A stretch of 63,844 nt of DNA, filler included, from Pirum gemmata (GCA_002812295.1; 17 parts of 17 records of this genome joined end to end with filler, not necessarily neighbours in it), one strand, 5' to 3'. Positions 1-11,915 are shown, counted from the whole stretch's first letter. Numbers and translations: made by a program. The notes: a model not told the origin generated them from the sequence alone.

Positions 1-110
1 TGTTCGGGGGTGAGGGGTTAGGGATATAATGTCTTTGAAAAAATGAATTCAGATAAGTGGTCAAAATAAGAGAGAAAGAGGAAGAGAAAAGTACAAGTAA
101 AGTAAATTAC

Positions 111-261
111 TCGTTGGCATTGCTGCAGGCTCAGGTTCTTTGCCTCCAGCCCATAACATTCTAGTGTTTGAAAAATTTCTTGCTTGCAAAGATCTTTGCG
201 CTGTCCTTTGGGCTGCTAGACCGGTGAAAGTCCGACGACTAGCTTGACGAAGAAAATTCAT
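111..261 (-). CDS. First exon of a probable mitochondrion-targeted protein (product unknown; continues off window)
   Basis: MNFLRQASRRTFTGLAAQRTAQRSLQARNFSNTRMLW is Arg/Ser/Ala-rich with no acidic residues, like a mitochondrial presequence. GTAATT donor near 110, pyrimidine-rich intron, AAG acceptor near 33. Confidence 0.55.
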
Positions 262-463
262 CTAATTACACAATAGAGGTGAAAATAAATAAATAAATAT
301 AAAATAAAATAAAACTACTATTATTATCATAACTACTATCACTGCTGTCACTGCTGTCACTATTGTCACTACTGTCACTACTGTCACTACTGTTATTTAC
401 AACTGTTACTACTACTACTACTACTATTACTGTGATAAATGATAATGATAATGATAAACGATA

Positions 464-575
464 ATGATAATGATAAACGATAATGATAATGATAATGACA
501 ATGATAATGATATTGATATTGATATTGATATTGATATTGATATTGATGATGTTGATAATAAATATTCAACAATAC

Positions 576-622
<47 letters not shown>

Positions 623-3496
623 AAAATTATTGACAAAGATTTGTATGATGTTATAATATTTTCTCATAGTTTGTATAATATGAAAAATAAAGCACAATTA
701 TTGCTTTATTCCAGATCTTTGCTGAAACCAGAGGGTATCATAATTGTTATCCACCAAAAAGAACGTGCAAGCACAATAACTACAGAACTAAAATCAGCAC
801 TAGCTTTTACTAATTATAAGGATCACATTTTTAGCAACAATTTTTCATCTTGTGTTTTTATTCGCGATAAAAGTGACTGCATTGACAATTTTATATCATT
901 CTGTCTCGGGTATTCAAGTGAACTCCCAGACAGAAATATCTGTCGTGATATCGCTAGGGATATTGGTGTGCAATCCAAAGACGGTTGGCTTCGCTATGAC
1001 CAACAAATGTCTGTGCTTGTTCTTGAAACTGAAACATTGCACGAGAATAATTCTAACCCTAAGCAAGAAAAAAAATATTTTGAAACAAGAACTGTTAAAC
1101 AAAATGGTGCTCATTGTCAACGTATATTGGGAATATTTCGTCCTCTACATGTGCCACTCATTCAGGACTGTGTAAAATGGGCTAAAAGAACTAAATGCCC
1201 ACTTTCAATTGTAGGAGGAGGCCACAGTGGGCATTGCCTTTGGAATAACACATTTGCAATAGATATGTTGGCGTTTAAATCCATTTGTATTGATAAGAAT
1301 AATCAAAGGGTCACCGTTGGTGCGGGCTGTAATATGAAAGATATTTGTATGGAGCTATTAAAACAAGGATTAGCTGTACCACTTGGTGCCCGTCCGAGTG
1401 TTGGCATTGGCCTTATTCTGCAAGGTGGTTTAGGGCATCTAAGTAGAAAATTCGGCCTTTCTAGCGATTCAATTATCGGTGCATCTTATGTTGATTTGTA
1501 TTCGGGTAATCTAAAATCTGTAGGGGTGGGAACTGATGGGGAAAGAGATGTTGGTATTGAAGAAGAAATGCTTTGGGCTATTCGTGGTGCCGGAACTAAC
1601 TTTGCTGTGATTATTTCGTTAGTACTACAGGCAGTAGTGGCACCAATATACACACTGAGAAATACAACATTTTTTTTAAATGAAGAATTAGAAATATTAA
1701 GCAGATACAGTAATATTATTCAAACACTTGATAAGAGTTGTTCAGCGGATGGATACTTATACTGGGGTAATAAGAATGATGTACATTTTACGGTATCCAC
1801 TTTCGATACATGTACAGATGGAAATATCAGCCTTTTATTTATGAAACAACTCTGTGAAAAATTAAAACCAGATTGTTCAAATAACCAATTTAAGGTTGCA
1901 AATGAAGAGCTATTTGATCGCGAATTGTATATGTTATCATATTTAAATCCAAGACGTATAGAAGAAAAATACGAAAACACGAAAAGTAATAGCTTTAAAC
2001 GATGTTTATTTTTACGAGCATCAACATGCGAACAAAATAATATTCATTCATTACTTTTAACTCTAATGAACTCTGCGCCCAACAAACTTTCATATTTTCA
2101 TTTGCTTCATGCAGGTGGAGGAAAGGTACAAGACGTATATTCCAAGAATACCGCTTTCGGATGTCGTGAATGGGATATTGCGTTGGTCATAACAGGAGTT
2201 TGGCCAAAAAACCAAGATTCTACACTTTATATTGATACCGTTAACTGGGTTTACGACTGTACCAATTCTTTACTTCCATTTGCGATTGGTGTTTATAGTG
2301 CAGATCTTGGACCAGATCTTCGAGATGTATTATTAACGAAACACGCTTTTGGTAAAAATTTAAACGCATTAGCAGAGTTGAAACAAAAAGTTGATCAGGA
2401 TAATATTCTTCCTTATGCTTGTCCCATCTTAACCGCACAAAAAATAAGTACACGTGCACTTAGTATTAGTAATACTAATAATAATAATAATAATAATACT
2501 ATAACAGGGCCACAATTGATCATTATGATTACAGGTGAACGGTATGCTGGTAAGGATTATATAGCGAAAGTTTGGGGGGAACAAATCGAAAATTTATTCG
2601 CAGAACATTTAATTCCATTACCTTATCAAAATACAAATGTTGTGAAAATTGTAAGAATTAGTGATTTTACAAAAAAGGCTTACGCTTTATATTCTGGAGC
2701 GGATTTTAATCAACTAATCCATGACCGAGAATATAAGGAAAGTCATCGTCAAAATTTGACCGAATTCTTCAAAGTTGAAAAGGCAGAAGCGGTAGCAAAG
2801 GGCACTGATATTCATTTGGAGCATTTTTTACAAGCTGTAAAATCTTGTAAACAAAAAATCTTAATCATTACAGGTACTTGTATTTATATATATACTATTA
2901 ATATTAATTTTTAAGTTGGGTTAGGGTTAGGGTTAGGGTTAGGTAATTTATATATATTATATAAATACATTAAGTTTTAAATAATTTATTATTTTATAAT
3001 TGTGAATTAAAAAAAATATATGCAAGTATGATAGATTAGGAAAAAAAATCTATATATACATTTAAGATTGCATTATAATTATATATAATTTATAAAATCA
3101 TAATAGAATTTCAAAAAAGGGTTAGGGTTAGACTTGGGTTATATTTAAGGTTATATTTTTTACATATTTTTTTACTATTACTATTACTATTACTATTACT
3201 ATTACTATTACTATTACTATTACTATTACTATTACTATTACTATTACTATTAATATTATATACATATCCATATCATTCATAAACATCACATATATAAATA
3301 ATCTTATTAACAAAAAATATTTTATGATAAACACCCAAGGTATGCGAGAAGAAAACCCTTTAGCTCGTTATTCGAAAGTTTCAATTGCAAGTTGTAATCT
3401 GCTTCATATAAGAGTAGATACCTCGAAACATGTACGACGACTTCGTGGTGATAATTATAAATCTGAACAAATATATAGTGATAGTCAAACTAAAAA
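464..3496 (+). CDS. Multidomain protein: partial SAM-methyltransferase-like + FAD-linked oxidase (FAD_binding_4/BBE-like) + animal-type phosphomevalonate kinase domain; exons 464-2873 and 3340-~3496; 3' truncated by scaffold end
   Basis: YDVIIFSHSLY..LLKPEGIIIVIH (MTase post-motif II). IVGGGHSGHC, GARPSVGIGLILQGGLGHLSRKFG, WAIRGAGTNF (FAD oxidase). ITGERYAGKDY..ISDFTKKAYA..DREYKESHR (PMVK). GT-AG intron 2874-3339 joins IITG|MREENP in frame. Confidence 0.85.
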
Positions 3497-3968
3497 GTAT
3501 ATTTATTTATTTATTTGTTTGTTTTTTTAGGGTTAGGGTTAGAGTTAGGGTTAGAGTTAGGGTTAGGGTTAGGTTTTATTTTTATTTTTATTTTTATTTT
3601 TATTTTNNNNNNNNNNNNNNNNNNNNNNNNNNNNNNNNNNNNNNNNNNNNTTAATTAATTAANNNNNNNNNNNNNNNNNNNNNNNNNNNNNNNNNNNNNN
3701 NNNNNNACAATAATAATAACAATAAATAACAATAAATAACAATAAATAACAATAACAATAACAATAACAATAACAATAACAATAACAATAACAATAACAT
3801 AAAATACCACAGCAATAACAACAACAAAATAACTAGGCACATAAAAAATATAAAAAAAATCTAGCTTGAAATATCATGTAAGTAAATAATATATTTAAAA
3901 AATTTGTCAATAATAATAATAAGAAAAAAGCAAAATTTATAATAATTATTTTTAAAAACAAAAAAAGA

Positions 3969-5282
3969 ATGATGTTGTCTAGCCCCCTTCTTATTATTGT
4001 TGCCATTTCGACTTCGACCTGTACTACAGCTTACGATAAAGGTTACAATGAAGGGACAACTCAAAAGAACTACGAAATCCCTATCCATTCTAAAAAAATG
4101 GTCCGCTTACCAACTTATGAGCAAATAGTTCACAAAAAGGTACCCACTTTCGAAATCTGCAAAGCTAAAGCTTGGAGCTATGATGTTGAAAAAATTGAAG
4201 TTCCTAGTTACGATAACAATGGCTATGACACAGTCCCTGCTTACAATAAAACTACTTGTTATAAACCTTTTTATGAGCCCTCTACAGTAGAATATACCGA
4301 TTATGTCGTTAATGATCATGAAATAGATACTTACAAGGTTACCAGTTGTGAGCATGATGTAGTAGAACAATACAAGGAAAATAAACAAGACTGGAAGAAA
4401 GTCAAAAGAGAGGTTTGGAACTATACCAAAATTCCAATTACTAAAAAAGTTTGGAAATGCGTGCCTTCTTCTGGTGATTATGGCGGTTATGGTGAAAAAT
4501 CAGGATATCGACGCAGAGAAGTAGATGAAAAATACGATGATGATGTCGATTATGTTGATGACGATACTAATTATGAGAATGATGTTAGTTATGATGATGA
4601 TTATGGCAATGATAAATACGATGATAACGATGACGAGTACGACGATGGCGATGATGATGTGTATGGTGATGATGATGTGTATGATGATGATGATGATGAT
4701 GATGGTGATTATGATGATTATGATGATGGTGATGATGATGAAGTGTACGATAATGATGATAAAGATGATGATAAAGATGATAAATGTGAATGGAAAAAAC
4801 AAGAAGTGACCATCTATAAATGGAAAAAGCACAAAGTTACAGTGTTTACCTGGGAAGAATGTCAAAAAAAATATCCTGTTTACAAACACGTTAACAAAAC
4901 CTTCAACACTTATGAAAAGGTTAAAGTAGAAGCTCGCAAGTATGAGGAGAAAGAGAAAACTTTGAAAACTTACATCCCAACGAAAAAGGAGTATTTTGAG
5001 TACCAACAATATGACACTAACGCGAAATCTTGTAAGCAAGGTACCAAGAAAATTACCAACTACAAAAAGAAACAAGTAGATGTTCCTACTTACAAGATTA
5101 AATTTGATAAAGTTGAAACTTTCTGCATTGTTGATGAATTAGTGCCATCTTTTATGACCACTTTCAAAAAATTTGATTGGTACGAAAAACCAATTCATAA
5201 AAAACTAAAGTATGAAAAAGACAATTACGAAGATGACGAAGATGAATACGATGAATATGATAATGATGAAGAAGTTTACTAA
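3969..5282 (+). CDS. Secreted Lys/Tyr/Val/Thr-rich protein with 10-aa periodic arms and central Asp-rich domain (unknown family)
   Basis: Intact intronless 437-aa ORF; hydrophobic N-terminal signal peptide; Asp/Tyr-rich centre; decad repeats in both arms. Confidence 0.85.
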   Translation: MMLSSPLLIIVAISTSTCTTAYDKGYNEGTTQKNYEIPIHSKKMVRLPTYEQIVHKKVPTFEICKAKAWSYDVEKIEVPSYDNNGYDTVPAYNKTTCYKPFYEPSTVEYTDYVVNDHEIDTYKVTSCEHDVVEQYKENKQDWKKVKREVWNYTKIPITKKVWKCVPSSGDYGGYGEKSGYRRREVDEKYDDDVDYVDDDTNYENDVSYDDDYGNDKYDDNDDEYDDGDDDVYGDDDVYDDDDDDDGDYDDYDDGDDDEVYDNDDKDDDKDDKCEWKKQEVTIYKWKKHKVTVFTWEECQKKYPVYKHVNKTFNTYEKVKVEARKYEEKEKTLKTYIPTKKEYFEYQQYDTNAKSCKQGTKKITNYKKKQVDVPTYKIKFDKVETFCIVDELVPSFMTTFKKFDWYEKPIHKKLKYEKDNYEDDEDEYDEYDNDEEVY

Positions 5283-6019
5283 AAAATGTTACCCCCCCTC
5301 CTCAACAATGAAGTCTCAAAAAACCTAAACTAAACTAAACTACTAAACAAATAAACTAAACTACTAAACAAATAAACTAAACACATGAAAAATAGGAAAA
5401 TGCAACTTGCAAACCTACAATGACATTTATTCTTCTGAAAAAGAAAATAATTATTGTAAACTAAATAAATAAACTAAATAAATACAATGAAAATGTTTTT
5501 GAAAAAAAAAAAAATCAAACACATTATATAATATGATAAATTGAGAATAAAATGTTCCCACTAACGTTAAAATCAAGTGTTATATATATTATATATAATA
5601 AATTAAGAATAAAGTGTTCTCACTAACGTTAACTTATTGGTTGTCAAATCTTCATTTATAAGATTCCCCGAACCAATAGACTAGACCGTACGCGTCTGCG
5701 TAGTTATACTACTCCTCACTACTCCCTACTCAATATATTATACTAGGTGTATTAATATCACATATAATGCACAGATAATGTACTCATGGTGCAAACAGTG
5801 TGCAAACTGATGGTGCAAACAGCCAAAAAACTTCCTACTTTTTTTTTACTAATTAAAGTCTTTCTTTTTTGTAAATGTTCGAACCTTTCAAACTAAGGAT
5901 GTTATAGATCGATATGTTTAGGATTTTCTTTTTATGCAATCAATTGACTAATCAATTGACAGCTTGGCTGCCTTCGCATCAATTTTTTTTGCATTGATTT
6001 TTTTGATTTTCGTCAGCTA

Positions 6020-6240
6020 TGATATCATTTTAGCAATAAAAAATAAAATGTAGGATTTATATATATTATAATAGAACTTTTATTATACTAAAGCCATATT
6101 AATTGTTGGATAATTCACTAAGTAACAACAACATATTATTATATCATTAACATTATTTTAGCAATAAAAAATAAAATGTAGGATTTATAGAGTATTTATA
6201 GAGCTTTTACTAAAGCCATAACAATTGTTGGGTAATTCAC
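6020..6240 (+). repeat. Direct duplication (~90 bp x2)
   Basis: ttttagcaataaaaaataaaatgtaggatttata...actaaagccata...ttgttggrtaattcac at ~6028 and ~6156. Confidence 0.8.
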
Positions 6241-6679
6241 AAGAAAACATCCCAGTCGATCCTATGGTATTCGTTTCATTTATCATTGCAGTTCCGTTTA
6301 CTACTACTGCTGATTTTTCTATTGCGTTTTGTAATTAAAGTTGAAGGTCATTTGTTCCAAGTGTTGGTATACTCCTTTATTGGTTTTGGTTATCGTTCTA
6401 TATTTGGGTTTATTAGCATGTGACTTAGCCGAAAATGTTGAAGAAAAAGACGGGGGATTCAAACATATTAGATATCATAAAGAAAAGCAATCTTTTCTTT
6501 ATTATTTTGATTTTAGATTTATCTGCGATATTATTAATGACAATTTGTATTGTTTCGTATTACGTACCTTGGTTTGAGGTAATTTTTAATATTATGCAAA
6601 GTTTAATATTGAAAAGTATGTTTCCTTTGTTTTTAAAACTATTGACACAATGCTTTTAAAATATAGAAGTGCGTTAACG

Positions 6680-7275
6680 AGAAACAAAACAAGCTCTTCT
6701 CACACAACAGGGGGTAGAACTAGAAAGAACATCGCTACTTCTCTTGGAAACGATAGTGTGGATCAAATACCTTCTAGAGCAACATTTACCAGCACAACCC
6801 AAGCTGCTCTTTTGGAATCGAAGACAACCCAAGCTGCTCTTTTGGAATCAAAAACAACACAAATTTCAGAAGGAACGGAAGTATATGATAGTGCAATGGA
6901 AATAAATTAATATTGCAATTAAGTGTTGTAAATTCAAAACAAAACAGGCTCTTCTTACACAACAGGGGTAGAACTAGAAAAAACACCGCTACTACACTTG
7001 GAAACGATATTGTGGACCAAATACCTTCAAGAACGACATTTACCAACACAACCCAGCTGCTCTTTTGGAATCAAGGACAACACAAATTTCAGAAGGAACG
7101 GAAGTGTACAGGCTCCCCAGAACTAGAAAAAACACCGCTACTACTACTTGGAAACGATCGTGTGAATCAAATACCTTCAAGAGCGACATTTACCAGCACA
7201 ACACAAATCGAAGACAACCCAAGCTGCTCTTGTGGAATCAAAAACAACCCAAATTTCAGAAGGAACGGGTGTCCT
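6680..7275 (+). repeat. Three degenerate tandem copies of a ~170-200 bp unit, possibly derived from a non-LTR retrotransposon 3' end
   Basis: agaactagaaa..cttggaaacgat..caaataccttc..acatttacca..caaatttcagaaggaacgg three times; third copy translates IEDNPSCSCG..GCP. Confidence 0.7.
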
Positions 7276-7454
7276 AGTCTTTTTTATTAATATATATATA
7301 TAACCCTAATGGGCTTGGACATAAAATGTATACCTTTACTACNNNNNNNNNNNNNNNNNNNNNNNNNNNNNNNNNNNNNNNNNNNNTTAATTAATTAANN
7401 NNNNNNNNNNNNNNNNNNNNNNNNNNNNNNNNNNNNNNNNNNAATAATAATAAT

Positions 7455-8375
7455 AATTGTGCCCAGTTGATTCTGATAATGTGGTGCTTGTATAGTTGTG
7501 GTGGGAGTTTGAGGGTAGTTTGTAAGGTGAACGTGAAAGGTATATGATTACTAGTGATATGGTGGTTGGTGCTAAAGTTGTTGATTTTGGGGAGTAGTGT
7601 ATGATTGCAGATCGCTAGGTTTAGTACTGTTGGCCTTCCATCAATTTGGGATGGGTTGTACGTGGGTTGGGTGTATTTTACTACTGCTCTATTTTCTTTT
7701 TCTATCCAGTTTTCAATTAAGGTTTGTGCCGTCTTCGTCATTTTTGTAGATCCATAATGAACTGTGTGCATTAAAGTCCCCTAGTATTAAGTTGTTGGTG
7801 CTTGAAATTTCCTTATTCTTGTTAGTAGTGCGTGAACATTAATTAATAATGTGATGGTATCTAGAATCTGAGTTTTGAAGTCGTGTATGTTGCAATTGGC
7901 CCTCGAGGATTTTGATGGTTGTAGTTAGTCTTACTTCTTTCTGTGTTGGTTTTTAATATATAACTGTTTTTATTCTTTTTGGTCTTGCTCTATAATTTGC
8001 TAGTGTGCTTTTTGTCTTTTGAAACCGTTGATTAGTAACCTCCTCTACTGAATTCGTTGGTCTTTATTAAAAAAATTATCCACTTCTTGGTCCATTGCCT
8101 ATGGGAATGTAGCTTCAAGCTTTGTCGATTCTTGGTCCATTTGAGCTATCTGGGCATAGGTTTTTGTGTATGTTCTGGTAGTTGTTGTATTTAGGGGTCC
8201 GTTGATAATATTTTCGCTTCTTTCTTAGGATCTGTTTTGGCCATCTTGTCTTGTTTTCTGGATAATATTATGTGGACATTCTGTGGAGCAGGACACATGT
8301 TCTCCATGGCAGTTTGCAGTCTCAATTTGTGCATTTCGTTTTCAGTATGATGGTGATTGCCTGTCCATATTAGTC
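7455..8375 (-). mobile_element. Degenerate non-LTR retrotransposon (LINE): ORF1 zinc knuckle and APE endonuclease, frameshifted
   Basis: Minus-strand translation gives ANCHGEHVSCSTECP (~8275-8320, ORF1 CCHC-like) and NNLILGDFNAHSSLW (~7755-7797). After a frameshift: QPTY..VLNLAI..ITSNHIPF (EEP C-terminal SDH-like motif). Confidence 0.8.
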
Positions 8376-9460
8376 AATTACAAGTTACTTATATAATTAG
8401 TTTTTGCAGTTGAGTACTGTTGACAAATTTGACACTGATGGGATTGTAAATATCTGTCATTTAGGTGGACTTTTGATACTTGGGAACCGATTTTTAATAC
8501 AGCTTTCGATTTTCTTCTGCTTCAAACTTTATATGTACCTTTTTTGTTGGCTCTATTATTATTATTATTATATAGCGCTTTTCATTTATTTTGTCACTCC
8601 AATATTTCTATGGTGGTTATAATTTTTTAATTGACATTGTTAAATGAATAAATGGAAAATAAAATAGACTATACCAAATTAAATGAGATGGATTTATATT
8701 GTATTAATTTAGTACTCTTTAAATTTATTGTATATTTTACGATGACAAATATGACAAACAATTTAAAAAAGCATGATAATAAATAGTTTAAAAAATAAAT
8801 ATAGGTCTATTATTATAATAATAATTGTAACCTGCCGTTGACACTTTTGTACTTTTGTAAACTTGGCATTAGTCTTTGGCATTCCAACTACAGAAAAATT
8901 TGAAGAATGTTTATTTATGTATGATATTATAGATATTATAGTGATATTATACTGATATTATTATATCTAGAGCTTTATCTAGCTAGCAGCTATCATAGCT
9001 AGCTAGTCTACAACTCTAATTATTATCATAATAGTAGATACTAGTCTACTACTAGATATCATAGTAGTCTTTAGTAGCTAGCTAGGAGCTATGATAGTAC
9101 TAGCTAGTGAGTTTCTCTATGGTGGTGAAAAAACATCCATCTTTTTAGTTTCACCTAGAGTATTCAGTTTTCGAAAATAGGTAAAGGAATAGGTTTGTAA
9201 TTTTCAAAGTGGGACTTTTTTATTATTATATCATATTATCAGTATATATTATCGTGCCTTTCATTATTTTATTTGGAGTGTTATAATCTTTAAGTTGACA
9301 TTTTTAAATCAATAAATATACAATAAAATATACCAAATTGAATTAAATAAATCTATATTGTATTAATTTGGCACTATTTATTGTATTTCTTATGATGACA
9401 AAACAACTGAAAAGCACTATATAGTAAAAAATAGTAGAACGTTTTCTAGTAGTAATAGGC

Positions 9461-9461
<1 letters not shown>

Positions 9462-9499
<38 letters not shown>

Positions 9500-9500
9500 C

Positions 9501-9545
<45 letters not shown>

Positions 9546-9564
9546 AGCTATGATGATGATGATG
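9462..9564 (+). repeat. (GAT)n microsatellite
   Basis: Near-perfect trinucleotide run. Confidence 0.95.
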
Positions 9565-9650
9565 CAGATTCAAGAAAAAATGCTGAAAAAATGTAGTTAG
9601 TCTACAGCAGTTCTACAGAAGCCTCTCTCAAATCAGTCCCAAATCCCAAT

Positions 9651-9878
9651 CCTCCCAATTCTGCTCGAGCCCGAAAATTCGAATTTCTGCTGTCGAAAAA
9701 AAAACCGAAATTTAGCAGTAATTCAGCCCTGTTCGAAAATTATTTTTTCCATTTTTTCGGGTTTATAAATAAATAAATATACTTGAATACTTAAAACTGT
9801 TAGCTTAAAATTTTCGAACTTATTTAATTAATGCATAGGCTCGAACACTCGATTTTTTATGAGAATTGGGAGAAGCAC
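9651..9878. mobile_element. Putative MITE (family E); related left end at ~26605-26647
   Basis: Inverted termini ctcccaattct...agaattgggag; similar start (cttctccgaattctg...aaaactcgactttctgct) on another scaffold. Confidence 0.5.
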
Positions 9879-10140
9879 TAAGGGAGCGTTCAAATAATAC
9901 GTCACGTCAAGGGGTAGTTAGGTAGGTGGTATTTGACCAGCAATTAACGTCGAGGGGTAGGTAGCTTAAGGCAGGTAGAGGTTTGAAGCTGTATTTGACG
10001 GGAAGTTGGCGTTTGAATTTTGAAAATCTCCCCTAGACTACCTACTAAAAATACTCTAAAAACAGTTCTAAAAACTCTAAAAATAGTCTTTAAAAAGTCT
10101 TTAGAAAAATCTAAAAATGCTAAAAATGTAGTAAAAATGT

Positions 10141-10374
10141 AGTAGGGGTGGGATGACGTCATTTTATTATTACCGAGCAGCTGCGGGAACTTTTCCGATT
10201 TTTATGGTTTGTATTACTATTAATGTTAATATTATTACTTTATTTAGTATCTACTATAACTAGATTTACTATTTTAAGCTATTTAACTGCTATTATTAGT
10301 AAGAAACACGGAACTAATGCTGGCTCGATAAGCATCAGTTCGAAAAAAGTTCCAGTAGATATCTCACCCCTACT
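10141..10374. mobile_element. MITE family B copy 1 (8-bp TSD AAAAATGT)
   Basis: TIRs AGTAGGGGTG(G/A)GAT...ATCTCACCCCTACT; identical 8-mers on both flanks. Confidence 0.9.
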
Positions 10375-10529
10375 AAAAATGTGCTGATAAATTGCTGATA
10401 AAATTTGATTGACATTCCAAAGTCATTCCAACGTCCCCCATTTGTGGATCTGAATACAGTCAAAATTTTAACTGGCTACCGTATAACGATTATGATAGCT
10501 ATTATGATGTCTCTGTCGTCTATTTCATT

Positions 10530-10757
10530 AGTAGGGGTGAGATATCTACTGGAACTTTTTTCGAACAGATGCTTATCGAGCCAACCTTAGTTCCGTGTTC
10601 CTTACTAATAATAGCAGTTAAATAACTAAANAAATCTAATTATAGTAGATACCAACTAAAGTAATAATGTTAACATTAATAGTAATAAAAACCATAAAAT
10701 CGAAAAAGTTCCGGCAGCTGTTCGGTAATAATAAAATGACGTCATCTCACCCCTACT
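10530..10757. mobile_element. MITE family B copy 2, inverted relative to copy 1 (8-bp TSD ATTTCATT)
   Basis: Same TIRs and interior; inserted into a family D element. Confidence 0.9.
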
Positions 10758-11192
10758 ATTTCATTACAGTTGTTCTCTCAATCTTTAATTTGGTACTGTT
10801 TAATTATATAATTGAACTTGTTTATAAAATACAACAATAAGTACAAAATACCAAATTAATTAAAACATGTCCGATAGTCTAGCCATAATAATAATTTGGT
10901 ACATTTATTTCAGTTTTTGAACCCTGACAACACAGATCTATGAGAAAAATAATAAAAAGGAAACATAAACTAGAAAACTATTTTTTTTTTTACAAACAAA
11001 AACAATAATTTTACTATACTATAATATATGATATTCTTATCGTTAACGTTATTATTATTAATATTATTATTATTGTTATATTATTATTATTNNNNNNNNN
11101 NNNNNNNNNNNNNNNNNNNNNNNNNNNNNNNNNNNTTAATTAATTAANNNNNNNNNNNNNNNNNNNNNNNNNNNNNNNNNNNNNNNNNNNNT

Positions 11193-11227
<35 letters not shown>

Positions 11228-11821
11228 TTTTATTTATTATTGTGCATACTTATAGATTATAAACTTGATAAAAGTACCCTTCAATAAAAAAATCGATTTT
11301 TGCCATATAATAATCATTTATTGTTATTATTAATATTTTAATTATTATTATTATTATTATTATTATTTATTATTGTACATACTTAGATTGTAAACTTGAT
11401 GAAAGCACCATTCAAAAACAAATCGCTTTTGGAAAAAAAATCATTAAAAATTGTGAAAGACAAAAAATAATGCTTGAATTATTGGTAAACTTTTATAAAC
11501 TAAATATATAAACTAATTGTGATTTTAGTTTTTATAATTTATTGCTACTATTATTATTATTATTATTATTGCAATGTATCGTTTGCTCTATTATCGTTTT
11601 GTTTTATCTGTTTTTATTGTTTGCGGTTGCAGTTGCGGTTACGGTTTGGTTTTCGTTGTTATTATGATCATTATCATCATCTTCATCGTTGTCGTGATCA
11701 TTGCTATCATCACTATCTTTGTTATCATTATCACCACTATCATTTCCATTATCAAATTTCATTATTATTATCATTTGTTAGTCTTTTTTTATATTTATTG
11801 TCACCATTATTATTATTATCA

Positions 11822-11899
<78 letters not shown>

Positions 11900-11915
11900 N
11901 TTTTTTGGTTTTCAG

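Noticed and set aside
6240..6660. Possible degenerate reverse-transcriptase fragment on the minus strand (SPVFFFNIF, LQNAIEK)
   Set aside because: No YADD motif, many stops; too weak without a profile search.
9343..9573. Poly-His ORF and other homopolymer/dipeptide ORFs (e.g. 18850-19110, 25391-25822, 47305-47674, 56911-57243)
   Set aside because: Translations of microsatellites with no other coding evidence.
11574..11915. Hydrophobic N-terminus (poly-I/V) of the 1275-aa ORF as transmembrane segments
   Set aside because: It is translated (ATT)n/(GTT)n microsatellite upstream of a clear splice acceptor.
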